Shown: positions 27,001-41,546 of the stretch, one piece after another
How the letters are laid out: every line of letters begins with the position of its first letter
Numbering within the stretch: the first letter of the stretch is position 1
NCBI GenBank assembly: GCA_964016885.1
Contig: OZ024758.1
Location: forward strand, 9,734,001-9,798,000
DNA: 64,000 nucleotides
Origin: Eledone cirrhosa
Taxonomy: Eukaryota
Reading direction: 5' to 3'
Translations under genes and position numbers: made by a program
The notes under the pieces: generated by a model
Database searches by the model: none
Told to the model about the DNA's origin: nothing
Seen by the model: only the letters and a program-made list of their open reading frames with translations

Positions 27001-29797
27001 AATTATTATGGCAGTATCAGTAGAGGGTCAGACCCCATGTTACAGTCCTTTACGATCTGAGTTCAAATCCCACTGAGTTTAACTTTGCCTTCCATTCTTA
27101 CAGGGTCGATAAAATAAAGCAGCAGTAATGCACCGGGATAATTGCTGGCCTTGTGCCAAAAGTAAAAACAATTATTGCTTTTTATTTATGTGAAGAACAT
27201 GAAAATATTATTGAACAGCAAATAAATTTATCTTAAAGATTTTAGTGTCCACATCAATGATTAACTGCAGTACATAACATACAAAATTTCATGTATGTGT
27301 AGTCCACAAAATGCTGACTAAATCAACAAAATAAAATAAGGAAAACATATATACATAAAGCTATTGAATTAAAAAATTGTATTTCAAGTTTCTTGAATAA
27401 TATAATTCTGTTCATGTCTAAATTATTGACATGAAGATTTATAAGATATATAAGCGAGCATTTACAATACATATTAAGAAATAAAAATCAAATTAAGTAG
27501 ATAAAACAAAATTTACAAAATAATTTAATTAGATTTTACACTTAAGAGCTTTTTACTTAATAGGCAAGAAGATGTGGAATCAAACTAATTGGAATAAGCT
27601 GATTTAATAGGAACTGTAGGGATAACATGGTTCCAATGAATGAAGACCTGAATACAATAAATATATATAACCTCAATCCCAATCCAAGATAAGCTATGTT
27701 ATTAGTTACCTCTGAACAGAATGCCAATCTAACTTATTGATACAAGCAATGGTCATAATATAGTAAGTGATAATTAAAATGCCTAATTCATTGAGTGAGA
27801 AATCAGATTCTCAGCAGCTAATTGAATGAAATATTAAATGGATAACTAACTAATGCTGTTCAATGGCTATAACAGTGTTCTGATAACAAAGTATATTATC
27901 AAACAGACTTCCAATAACAATGAAATGACATCCAAGACTTTGTATACTTTAATATTAAATTTCAATGAGGTCTTCACAGCAAATGTGTCCTTTCTAAACA
28001 ATGGGTAAATATTAGGTGTCACTCTCCTTTACGGAAGAAAGAGTTAGCCATTATATATCATCCTGCAAATACTATAATTAAATACAACTTTAGCATTGTG
28101 TATATTGATGATTATAAAAGTATAAAGTGTGTAATTCAAACATTCAGACTGTCTTAAATATGTGCATGCATGCACATGTATGCATAGAATATATACATAT
28201 CATCATCATCATCGTTTAACGTCCGTGTTCCACGCTTGCATGGGTTTGGACGGGGGTATTCCCACTTGAGGCTAGAGTGATTGTCTTGCTCGCATAGGAC
28301 TGTCTGGCAGGTTTTCTACAGTTGGATGCCCTTCCTAACACCAACCACATTTACAGTGTGGGTCTGGGAGGTTTTTACCGTGTTGCCTACATGGCCACAT
28401 TACAGCGTGGACTGTGTTTTTTGTCGTGACACCTACACGATCTCATTTGCTTCGGCCTGGATGGCGCGGCACCAACATAACTTTACATAGAACAGGGTGG
28501 TGTGGATGGTGATATCATTTTACGTCCGCTTTTCCCTGCTTGCAAGGGTGGGACGGGTCCTATTCAGCACAGCATCTCTCCACTCGTCACAGTCCTTCGT
28601 CATCTCCTCCTTGAGTTTCAGTGATCTAAGGTCTGCTCTCACCACCTCTGTCCATGTTTTTCGTGGTCTTCCTCTATTGTGTCATCTTTCTACTGGGATT
28701 TCTTGGCACTTCTTTACCAAGCAGTCATCCTCCAGGCGCATCACATATCCCTACCATTCAGTTCTGTATGAGACATCGTCATCTGATCTGGCTTGTCTTG
28801 CAATGCCACAACTCATCTAACCCATGCTAGCATTGAAAAATGGATATTGGAGAATGAGGTGTGGGTGATAGGTGTGGGTGATAGGTGTAAACCCCATTAA
28901 CTTTGTTCAGATTTTATACTAGCTAGGTAAATTAATTGATACACCACAAATAGGAGTAAAATGCAGCTGTGACATTTGATGCAGCAAATCTATGCAATTA
29001 ACTCATTTGGATACTTTGAGCTTTTAGTAACAGGAATACAGAAATTGATGTCAATATGTTTGCTTGACTGAACTGCAATATTTCAGGATTAAATTTTTTT
29101 TTTTTAAAATCAATGATAACTTCCAATAATTAAGAGCTGGTAGTTTCCGGTTAGTGGCAGCAATACCTTTAAAGACTGCACTGATAATGTCAGTATGACC
29201 TCCTCACCAGCATGGAGAGAGATAGAGAGAGAGAGAGAGAGAGCGAGAGATAAAGAGAGAGAGAGCGAGATAGAGAGAGAGAGCGAGATAGAGAGATAGA
29301 GCGAGAGAGAGATAGAGAGATAGAGCGAGATAGAGAGATAGAAAGAGATTATACATATATAATATACACACAATATAATATATATATAATTGTTTCTACT
29401 TTTGGCGCAAAGCCAGCAATTACCCCAGTGCATTACTGGTACTTTATTTTATCGACCTCGTAAGGATGAAAGGCAAAGTTAACCTTGGCAGGATTTGAAC
29501 TCAGACCATGAAGGGCCATAACTCTTTGCTGCAAAGCATGGCGTCCGACCCCCTACCGATACTGCCAATACACCACCATATTATATAATATATATATACA
29601 TGTTATATATATATATTATATCAGCGAAACCTACAGTCAATAGGCACCTCTTAACCAAATATACACCCCAACCCACTACCCCTCCCTCCCACCAACACCA
29701 CCCTTTCTCTGTAAAGTTATGTTGGTACCACAACATCCAGTCCAAACTAATGAGGTCGTGTAGGGAGGTCGTGTAGGTGTCGGGACAAGACAAGAAG

Positions 29798-29829
<32 letters not shown>

Positions 29830-32800
29830 CCACGCTGTAATATGGCCATGTAGGTAACAGTAAAAAGCTCCCAGTCCACACCGTAAATGTGGTTGGTGTT
29901 AGGAAGAGCATCCAGTCAGAAAACCTGCCAGACAGTCCTATACGAGCGAGACACGGTCACTCGACCAATCTTGCCTCAAGTGGGACAATTCCCGTCTAAC
30001 CCATGCTAGCATGGAAGATAGACGTTAAACGATGATGATATATATATAAATAAATAAATCCATGTTGACAACTTTTTATGATGCCTATCAACCACTGCTG
30101 AATTGAGTGTTTTTAATAAAAGAACAATCTTATAGATTACAGGCTCCTTCATATATGTGAAAATTATGAAGTATTAAATCAAAATGTAACCTGTACAATT
30201 CACAGATGTCCTAGTGATTTAAGTGGTTGAATTGAAGCCAAAGTCATTCTTCAGGTCATATTTTATCTAATTTTCATGCAGTGTTAATTAACCCTTTAGC
30301 ATTTAAACCAGCCATATCTGGCGATAATTCTCACCATTTTCTGTTCAAACTGGCTGTAATCAGCCACTCATACTGATGTTAAGGTATCATTCTCAAAATA
30401 AATAACGTCAAAATCGTGTAGAATCCATATTATGTGAGATAAAGCCTTTACCATGATAATATGAGAGTAATGTAAATGCTTAAGGGTTAAACAATTTAAA
30501 GCACAAGTCAGAACATCAGTTCATTGTAAGAGTTAATCACTTGTTGCTGTTGGTGTTGGTGTTCATTTTTCTTTATTCTAAGTAGACCTGGACAACAAAA
30601 TGAAATGTCTTGTTTAAGAACACAATGCATGCCGAGTCTGGTAATCAAAATCATGAGCATATGATTGTAAAACTAACACTCATACTTCTAGGACATGCTA
30701 CAGCTAAAAACAAATGTACAGATTTGATTGCAAATTTTGAATGCAGTGCAAGCGTATGGTTATGTAACATGTATGGATGTTGACAGTTGGATAAAGAGCC
30801 CAGATATCCAGGTAGAGTGTAGCTGTGGAATAGGAAGACTGAAGAAGACATTGACAAAAATGATGAAGACTGATCTTAGGAGAAAGCCATAAAAGTAGAT
30901 GGAAAAACATGACAAGTGGCAAGACATTTCAAAAAGGACCCACCCATCCCATGAACATATGAAGGAACAGGCATAAAATGATTGCCAAGTGAACATCTAA
31001 AACCATCACTCTACATAAAGAATATTAATAAATCTATGCTTTTCTAAATAAGTTAAATTTGTAAATTTCTTACATGTTGGAAAAGTGGGAAAGGTCTATA
31101 TTCTGGGAATATAGACCTTTCCCACTTTTTTTCTCTTTCTAAAACAAAACATTTATGCCTCACTGTATGATAAACTATTACACTATACAACCACATGACC
31201 ACATACTAGTTGAATTGGTGTCAGTGTCAGTCACAGCTGGAAAGTGATAAAGGAAACTAGAAAATTAATAATTGAAATATCTCAAAATGATTCCATTCTA
31301 ACTAGAGTCAGGAATAAAACTAAATTTAAGTATCTGACATTTTGTTGATTCACTTAAAGTAAAATCAATTTAAAATAATTTACCTCTAACAAAATCTGTT
31401 ATATATTAACTGATCACACTAAAAATAGTTTTACATGGAGTATATAATAAAATTAGCTTCATTTCTCTATTTTATAATAGACTATTTATCAAACATGGAT
31501 AACTGGACTTTAAACGGAGATGATGGATCATTTCAAGAATGATGATTATTTCATCTAATCATTTATTCCTCTTAGTATATGGGGAGTGAATTATTTTAGA
31601 TTTGCTAATAAGCTCCACCATGCATATCAATTTGAAGTATGATGTTAACAAGTGCACTGACGCAACTCAACGGGAGGACATAAAAATATAGGTTAAGTAA
31701 ATACAACAAATGTCAAACCGAAAGCAAATCTATTCATATTGCATACAGCTGAGTTTATGAAAACAATTTACTAGAATTTCTAAAAGGCAACTTCGTATAA
31801 TAAAATTTGAAATTTGTAAGCAGTAACCAATTATATTTCTTTCCACTACTGCTTTCTTTTTCTGTAAGTTTGACTAAAATTTCTAAATCTATGTCTCTTA
31901 ATTACTACAATAAGTATGTTTAGGGATTTATTATCAATCAACAATTAAGTCATATGGAAGGGACTAATCTTACTTTTCTAGGTATAACTTTTTCAGAGAA
32001 ATTTTGATAATGTATTGTGATAACATCTCCACAGAAAGCTAAATATATAAACATATATATGACTAAGTATAGAAATATAACAAAGGTACAATTAAAAATA
32101 TTAAAAATATTTTTCAATATCATACATGGAAGCTATATTGTTTTTGCTACTATATATGTCATACCATTATCAAATAATGGCAGTGATGTTTTGCAAGGTT
32201 TTTGATATGAAATCGTGTATTGAAACATGCTATATTTGGAGAGGGTCATGTTGTCCTAACATTGTCAAAGATAGAATATAAACACATGCAGGCTAAGATG
32301 CAGGCTAAGACACACACCAAACAGAATAACACAAACGCATGTGCAGAGACAACAAAATAAATTAAAAACAACCAGAAACAATGGGAAAAAACACAGCAAT
32401 AATCACAGAAAATATCACAAAACTTTAAGAAATATTTATATTTATATTTTTAACTGTTGGACAATCAATGATGAACATTGATTGTCAGCTAAATTATTTA
32501 TAAAAATATACTGAAGTGAAAAGCAAACCAAACTGAGTGTGTTTTACTATTTTTGGCAATATGAGGATAACATGACCCTCCACAAATATAACAATATCAA
32601 ATAGTGTCTTTTAGAAAAGCACTTCAGCAACTGCATGTTCATTATTGATCAAAACAAAATCACTCCACACCAATGCCAAAGAGTTAAAGAATATACAGAG
32701 TAAAATATAACATACAATGTAGAGGAAATATAAAAAAAAAGTAAAATAAAAAAAACAATCAAATGTTCAATCAATCTGAGTTTGATGCGTCATAACCAAA

Positions 32801-34504
32801 AGCTGATTGGTGTTATATTGACACCTGAGTGTAATATTAGCAAGTAAATCTATGCAGGAGATAAATGAGAGCACATAATCAGTTTAAGATAAGCAAATTT
32901 GGATTATTACTGCCTGATTTAAAAAGTTAATAAAGAAAGAAGTTACAAGTGAAAGGTAACATCTAGATTGACTGTATACCATGTCATAAACTGGTGACAA
33001 GAATGACATACCAAGAACTGAGAATCAATAAAGGAAATTAGCAGTGACACGAGATAATCATAATAAATTAAAACTAACATCTCTAGAATAGTAAAATGTC
33101 TAATAAAACCTTAGTATAGTTTATGAAGTTTTTTTTTTTTTTCATCTGTAGGAAACAGCCAAAAGATCAAACTGAAGCAAATCTTAGTTTTTATTTCAGA
33201 TTTATTTGTAAATTGTACTTGTCTAAAAAAAGATGTTGCTTATAAACTGACAATCATATGAATTTGGAAATATGCAAAGAAAAAAATGGAAAAGAATTCA
33301 ATATAAAACTGGCAACTATTTTTTTAATAGATAAAATTAGAGTGTGTCGCCTGGAAATCAGTGACACTTCAGGTAGGCTGCTACTTCTCCAAATTGAGGA
33401 ATGTGGCTAGAATGTCTCAGGGAGAAGAAAAAAAAAAAAAAAGAAAAATCACTGGACAGATTTTACAGGCAAAACCATCCAGCAAGAGACCCAGGAGTAG
33501 ACCCTGAGCAAGATGGTTGGTTAACATCCATGAGCTTGGCTGGTCTTGCTTGGGGATCCAGCAGGATCAATTAGAGACAATTGATTCTGTCAGAACCTGC
33601 TGGAAAGTGTTTAAATACTGCCCTCATGAACCATCCTGGAATAAATGGGGGGGGGGGGGGGGGATATAATTATGTCATTGGACAGAATTACTACACAACT
33701 TTTCCACAGGGTGAAGAAAGATTCACAGTAGAAATAGAAGCATCAAGTCTATTATACCAAATGAGATTCCTATTTTTCTTTCAATGTCTAAAGAATAGAA
33801 GGTTTAAAATAGGCTTTCTAAATATGAATGAATAATTTTTGGTCAAGTGATAGTCAATAGCTTATTCTGAAACTTTGCTATAATATCTGTGGCTGTTCTG
33901 TCTTTACTATTTTGTCCACAGGGTACAGCTGAGATATATCTACTAAACAGGTGTCTAATGCCCGCCTCTCCCTCTTTTTCATAGCTAACATTCAACAAAT
34001 TTTAATTGAATTATGTAAAGTTAATTCATATCCAAGGTGTAACTGGGTCTCACATCCAGGTAAATGTTTTGTGAATAAGAATTATCTAAAGTATTCATTA
34101 TTCACTCAGCTCTAATGTCATCAAGTAAAAAATATTTCTGATTCAATGTTTTAAATATTGATATCAGGAAAGGTACCAACTTTTAGAAAACTGAAATGAG
34201 AATGCTTGTTCAATCTACTGAATTTAGAAATTGGTTTTGACATTTTTCATGGAAAAAAAAAAAAAAAAAAAAAAAAATCTCACATGCCAAAGTTACCTCC
34301 GAGGCTAACTTTGCCTTTCATCCTTACGGGGGTCGATAAAATAAAGTACCAGTAATGCACTGGGTAATTGCTGGCCTTGTGCCAAAAGTAGAAAATTATT
34401 TAATATAACGGAAAAAAATATTAAGTACATACTGATGCTAAATTTGTTTTTAAAGGATGTTTTTTTTTTTTATTTCAATAAAATAGTTTTAACACATGTG
34501 GTTT

Positions 34505-34539
<35 letters not shown>

Positions 34540-35490
34540 CAAATTGTTTCTTTACTGTTCAAGTAGGTTTTAAAATTGCAGCTGTGATAGATCCATAAAT
34601 AAATGCTTTCTAGGTTTCTAATTAAGTTTGATTATATCAATTCAATAGCAATTGCATTTGAAAACTAAAATCTATTATACTTGTGTGTGCTGGTCGAGTA
34701 GACCAGTGATGGGCAAATTGTAGGCCCATGAGCCATATGCAGCTCATCTGGCTTTCTAAATGGCCCGCCTAATTTCAAAATTAGTCGTGAAATTTTCAAT
34801 AGTACAGCTCGCCTTATGATGAGCCACATCCTAGGTGACCCACAGCTAAAAAAAGGTTGCCCATGCCTGGATTGGACCTTTGATTAAACACCATGAACAT
34901 AATTCTTTTTTTAGATATTGTATATATATATATATATATAGGACTCCATATTACTTTCATTTAAGATAGAGTATGATTTGAGAAACATTTAGTCATTGTT
35001 AGGGAGATTTGGTAGCAAGTAACAGCATAGAAGTTACTTCTTTGTTGATGTGTAGAGATACTGTGCAGTTTGAAATCGGGCATAATTGAGTAAATCTAGG
35101 ACTTATTTTGTTTGCCTTTCCTTTAACAAGATAGGATTATTTGATATTTCTAGTAGGCCTGCGATGCATTGTAATGTAGTGCAGTAAGGTGTAATGCATT
35201 GTAGTGTGATGTGATACAGAGTGTTGCATGTGTAAGTGTGTGCAATTATCAAAGCACTTTTAGAAAGAAATTTGTAAGAAGCCATTTTGCAAGTAATTTG
35301 CAAAAATATCCATTTTCTGGGTTTTTTTCAATTTGTCTTATTTTTACATTTTGTGGAATCTATATTTATAGATTTCAATAATTTACCAATCTTCACTCAC
35401 AAACAAAAACAATTGTCATTTAAAGCAAAATAACTAAAATGAAAAATTAATGAAACTGTCAACATGTTTAATAAATTACAGCATTTCATT

Positions 35491-35525
<35 letters not shown>

Positions 35526-38500
35526 GTAACAATTCCAAAAGAAAGTCAATTTGGACAATAAGAGAACATTCCTCATAAATAGAATTATTTCAAGAAAGAT
35601 ACTTTTCCTCAAGAACCAATTATATAATCTAACAAGCAAGATGGAAGAAAACAAACAAAATACAACTACTACATAATTATAATGGAATAATGCTAAGGAT
35701 GTCACTATATTGCAATTATACACCTATTTGATTTCATTCCTTTCTCCAAATGTCAAATGGTATCAGCATTTACTTGATGCTAAACGAAATGAAAATCAAT
35801 TAAAATAACATGCCAGGTTTCAATTGGAGCTAAATTGGCAGGGTGAGGAAGAGTGCTATACCTTAATTTCCTTAAAGAGTTTATTTTTATTAAGTTTCAT
35901 TTTTAATTATATCTTCAACTTTGCATGTTATTTTGAGATGTGGCGGCAGAAGAACGATGAGAATGCGAGAACAAAAATAAGTGAAAAGGTAAAGAAATAT
36001 AAATATAAAAATATAGCTTGAAAGCAGGAAAATTGAGATCTTTTCATATATTGATAGATTTTGAATTGATAAATGCTTTGAGGGAGAAAATGTCAAGTTA
36101 TTTGAAACAACTCAATATAAAATTTACTCTAATATACAATTTATTAATAGATAAATTATGCATTTTCTAATCTGGTTTGAAGCAGAATGAAGAATTAGGA
36201 AAATTTCATATTTCATTAGGTAACTTATCACCAGATACAAATAGAATACCCCCAATCTTAGTTTTACTTTAGATCTCTTATTGCAGACACCCAGAAGACC
36301 AAATAAATTACTGAAAGAAACCAAACATCACAATGTAAACTAATGTTTACATTAGTTTACAAATATAGACAATCACATTAAAGTCACTTGAAGTTAGAAA
36401 CAAATTAATCTTAAGACATGGTCTAAATTATTGAATAACTAAAGAATTTAAGTTTAAAATATCAAAAAAGTTTAGTGTGAAGGTATTTATGGCATGGTAT
36501 GGTTCATTAACCCTTTTATTACCATAATAGTTTCTGATTTAGACACAAGCCCAGCAATTTGGGGGGAAAGGAAAGTGGATTTTAATCACCCTCAGTCAAT
36601 AAAATAACGAGTAATGCACTAAGTGAAAAGCAAAGCAAACTACAGCAGGATTTGAACTCAGAAAATAAAGGGCTAAAACTGAGCTGCAGAGCATGTTGTC
36701 TAATACTGCCAATCCACCGCCCTTCCATTACCATAATGAAAGGCATTGCTTATGATTTTGAAAATAATAATTTAGAGATTTCGTCATGTAACAATCTTTC
36801 TCATTATTAAGCTGCCATTTGGAACAAAGGTTCTTTCATAAAATTATGATGCAAGGATTTTAGATAAATATAAACACCTTAAAATAATCACATTAATATC
36901 ATAGAAGCAGGGGAATTTCAGGTAGTTTCATTCCTTCATGTAGAGTAAAGGATATACTTTCTCAAAGAGGCCATATACTTTCCAGGTCTGAATACAGTAG
37001 ATTTCTTCCAGAGAAGGAGAGAGAGAGAGAATGGAAGTGAGAGAGAAAGATAGAGAGATAGAGAGAGAATGGAAGTGAGATAGAGAGAGAATGGAAGTGA
37101 GATAGAGAGAGAATGGAAGTGAGATAGAGAGAGAATGGAAGTGAGATAGAGAGAGAATGGAAGTGAGATAGAGAGAGAATGGAAGTGAGATAGAGAGAGA
37201 ATGGAAGTGAGATAGAGAGAGAATGGAAGTGAGATAGAGAGAGAATGGAAGTGAGATAGAGAGAGAATGGAAGTGAGATAGAGAGAGAATGGAAGTGAGA
37301 TAGAGAGAGAATGGAAGTGAGATAGAGAGATAGAGAGAGAATGGAAGTGAGAGAGAGATAGAGAGAGAATGGAAGTGAGATAGAGAGATAGAGAGAGAAT
37401 GGAAGTGAGATAGAGAGATAGAGAGAGAATGGAAGTGAGATAGAGAGATAGAGAGAGAATGGAAGTGAGATAGAGAGATAGAGAGAGAATGGAAGTGAGA
37501 TAGAGAGATAGAGAGAGAATGGAAGTGAGATAGAGAGATAGAGAGAGAATGGAAGTGAGATAGAGAGATAGAGAGAGAATGGAAGTGAGATAGAGAGATA
37601 GAGAGAGAATGGAAGTGAGATAGAGAGATAGAGAGAGAATGGAAGTGAGAGAGAGATAGAGAGAGAATGGAAGTGAGAGAGAGATAGAGAGAGAATGGAA
37701 GTGAGAGAGAGATAGAGAGAGAATGGAAGTGAGAGAGAGATAGAGAGAGAATGGAAGTGAGAGAGAGATAGAGAGAGAATGGAAGTGAGAGAGAGATAGA
37801 GAGAGAATGGAAGTGAGAGAGATAGAGAGAGAATGGAAGTGAGAGAGATAGAGAGAGAATGGAAGTGAGAGAGAGATAGAGAGAGAATGGAAGTGAGAGA
37901 GAGATAGAGAGAGAATGGAAGTGAGAAAGAGATAGAGAGAATGGAAGTGAGAAAGAGATAGAGAAAGAAATTTTTTTTTAATTTTTTTTTTTTTTAAATT
38001 GACCTCGAAAGGACAAAGGGCAAAGTTGACCTCAGTGGGATTTGAACTGAGCAGAGAATACCACGAAGCATTCTAACAACTTTGCCAATTCACCGCCTTA
38101 AGTTCACATTACCTTTTGTAAAATAAACAAAAATCCTACCTTGGTCTTTGTATTTCGTCTTTTCACCTTTTTGACACTTTGGAGTTTCTTTCACAGCTTT
38201 CACATTATCCTGCCTGCAAGAGAATATTGATAAGAGAATGGTTAATTCAGTCTATATGAGTTGGTAAAAGAATATATCTAAGTGATGTATTTTGGGTCTA
38301 GAAGTGGATACAAGTGAAATATAGATGCATAAAAAAAAAAAAAAAAAAAAGTATTTGTATACACTCATAAATAAGCTGTACATCTTTTAGCTTTTGTTTC
38401 CATGACTTAGGCAAAGGAGGGGAGGGTGGCATCGTCTCTCCTATTCAGGAGTCTTCAAGACTAGCGAGATGTTATCTTCAGAACAGAGATTTGACTTGAA

Positions 38501-40630
38501 TGATAGCAGCAAAAACACTTAGAAATATTCAAGTGCTAGGTGGGTGGCATTAAACTGATGACAGATTCAGTTTGAGATACAAAGTTATATTTCCTTACTA
38601 TTCTACCATTTTAGTCAGTAAATTATAACAGTTTTTGATTCAGGCACAAGGCCAACAATTTGGGGGAGGAAAAGTCAATTAAATCGACCCCAGTGCATTA
38701 CTGGTGCTTTATTTTATCAACTCCATAAGGATAAAAGGCAAAGCTAACCTCGGCAGGATTTGAACTCTAAACGTAGAGGGACATAACTATGCCACGAAGC
38801 ATGGAGTCCAGCAGTATCGATACTGTCAATCCACTGCCCTAGTCAGAAAATTATAATATAACTGATTAATATATTATTACTAGTATATATGGATCTGTAA
38901 CTCCTGAAGGAGTCTTAGAGATGCCCGAGTGATATATAGGGACCATTTTAATCTGGTGGATCCCACCGCCCTCTTCAAGTCTGAACATATCTCTTTATTC
39001 TCTGGAAAAAATTAGTTATAGAGGAAGAATCAACCCCAGTACTGGATGGGTACTTTTTTTTTTATTGATCACAAAAGGATAAAAAGCAATGTTAACCACG
39101 GGAAAATTTGACAGAGTGCCAGAATAAATAGCACAAAGCATTCTCTGATATTCTAGCAACTGTCAATTTTCTGCCTCCTAATAGTACTAAGTAGCCGCCC
39201 AAATCATTAACACCTGTAAACACCATAAGCACTACTCAAAGTTTCTGCTAAATAGTAATCATCAGTTACAAGGTTTAACAATATGAAAGGATTTCATTCA
39301 GATGAATATAAATTAATATTAGGTTAACACAAATAAGTCAACTTGTAATTATATAGAAGTTATTTTTAGCACATATGTTCTAAATAAATCCTTTTAGAAG
39401 AGATAGAAGCTAAATTCAGTTTCATAGAATCATAAAAAACAATCAGCCAGCTGTTGGAAAACATATTTAGAAAGTTGATATTACCTTGTTTTTAATTTTC
39501 CAAACTTGGTAAAAACCTAACCACTATCAATGAATGTCATAACCAAACAATAGAATGAAGTCAACATGTGAGTTTGACCAGCTAATCATAACAGTTAATC
39601 TCCTTTAATGCTCGATACCAACCCACCCAAAATTGCTTGTTTCTATGAAACAGAACCTATTTTAAAGGGTTCCAATTTTATGCAAGAACCCTTATGTTAC
39701 AAATAATGAAATAAATATAAATCCTTTCAAATTCTTCATTAATTCAAATAGCATAGTTTCTTACAGAAATATGGCAACGAAAGTTAACAGGTCTTTAAAA
39801 AAAAGTGACTGGAGAATTTAGTCAGATACAATCATCCTCATTTAACATCTGCTTTCCCTGTTAGCATGGGCTAGACATCAGTTTAACATCCATTTTCCCT
39901 GCTGGCAAGGGTTAGACACTTGATAAAACAATGGAATGGGTGTGTAAATCTGTGCTAAATGTGACTTAACCCTTTAGCATTTAAACCGGCCACCATTTTC
40001 TCATCTGCTTCTGTTCAAACCTGCTGCAACTGGCCACTCATACTGACATTAAGGTATCGTTCTCAAAATAAATAACATCAAAATCTATTAGATTCGATAT
40101 GCGAGATAATCATGTAAGATGAAACCGTTACCACAAAAATACAATAGTATATATAGAGTAATGTAATAGAAAATCTTGATATATCAGCTCAACAAGAATT
40201 AGTCGTCAAACCTCTGCCATATTGGATAAGCAAGGACGCAGGTCATGTAGTCCAATGGTTGTAAGTGTTTTTAGAAGTAGATTTTTTCCTCACACAACTC
40301 AACTCAGCAAAGAAAGTGTTAGGTTGACTAAATATATGTTATTAAAATGCTTTGATCATGAATTCACTTGATCAATGATGACTTATTCGGACATCAGGAA
40401 AATCCTGATTATTGTTCAGTTCATAAAGTTAAAATATATTACACACACAAGATACAAGAGCCATTATGTAGAAGCAGCACAGAATTCTGGAACCATCAGT
40501 GTACAGATATATTTCTATAAAGCTGTCATTCCCACAGGTTATAGGAAAATGAAACTAGACTCCTTCTGTTTCCCCGTTCTTAAAATATAAATTTTCCATC
40601 AATGAATGTTGAAAGTATATGCAGATGCCT

Positions 40631-40661
<31 letters not shown>

Positions 40662-41503
40662 CACACACACAAAGAAATAAACTACCAGAAAAAAATGGAT
40701 ATAAAATCTTTTTTTTTTAATAATTTAGTCCTAAGTGATATCTACTTTCTGAATGAAAACAAAGAAATTAACTGCATGAAAAAAAAAAAAAAAAAAAAAA
40801 AAAAAAGAATTATGTAAATGCTAATCATAATGTCTGGTTTTATTGACCAAACTTCAGCTCACAGAATTCCATTGCCATAGTGATTAATAGCTCAATATAG
40901 CAAATGTTTCCAAAAATGAAATGTTTATATTAAGATAGAAAGGTAATATTTCATAGCATGGAACTCATGAAGTGTGTAAAAAGGAAGTGGGAGAGAGAGA
41001 AAAATATAATACTTGAGATTCTTTGTAAAAAGAAAAGATAGGAAAAGCAACTAATCCAAACTGTAAATAACAAGCAACAAACTGAATTTAAACAAACATA
41101 TGTACAAACATTTTTATCTCATCCCATTTGAAGCACTTTTGAGATTAGATTTTCTTTAGGTTTCTTAAGCAAAGGAAATAGTTCTTTGATTTTCATATAG
41201 AAAACACTCAAAAAGTATGCATGTGCACGTTTCCTCAAGTGCATGCATGTGGGTATATGAGTATGTATGCATATGTGCATATTCAATCCACATAAATGTA
41301 CAAAATGGTTTCAATGTTAATTCAAAACAGAATTCTAGTTTCTCTGTGGAGCTAAACATCTGGGAAATACAGTAGCAAAGAAAACTTCCAGAATGTTTAA
41401 CTTAAACTTCTGAAAGTGATTCGTATATAATTTAGATCCATTTAAACATAACTGAGTAAATAAATCAATCTTGGAGCAAGTCATCTTAGAAGGATAAGGC
41501 AAA

Positions 41504-41546
<43 letters not shown>

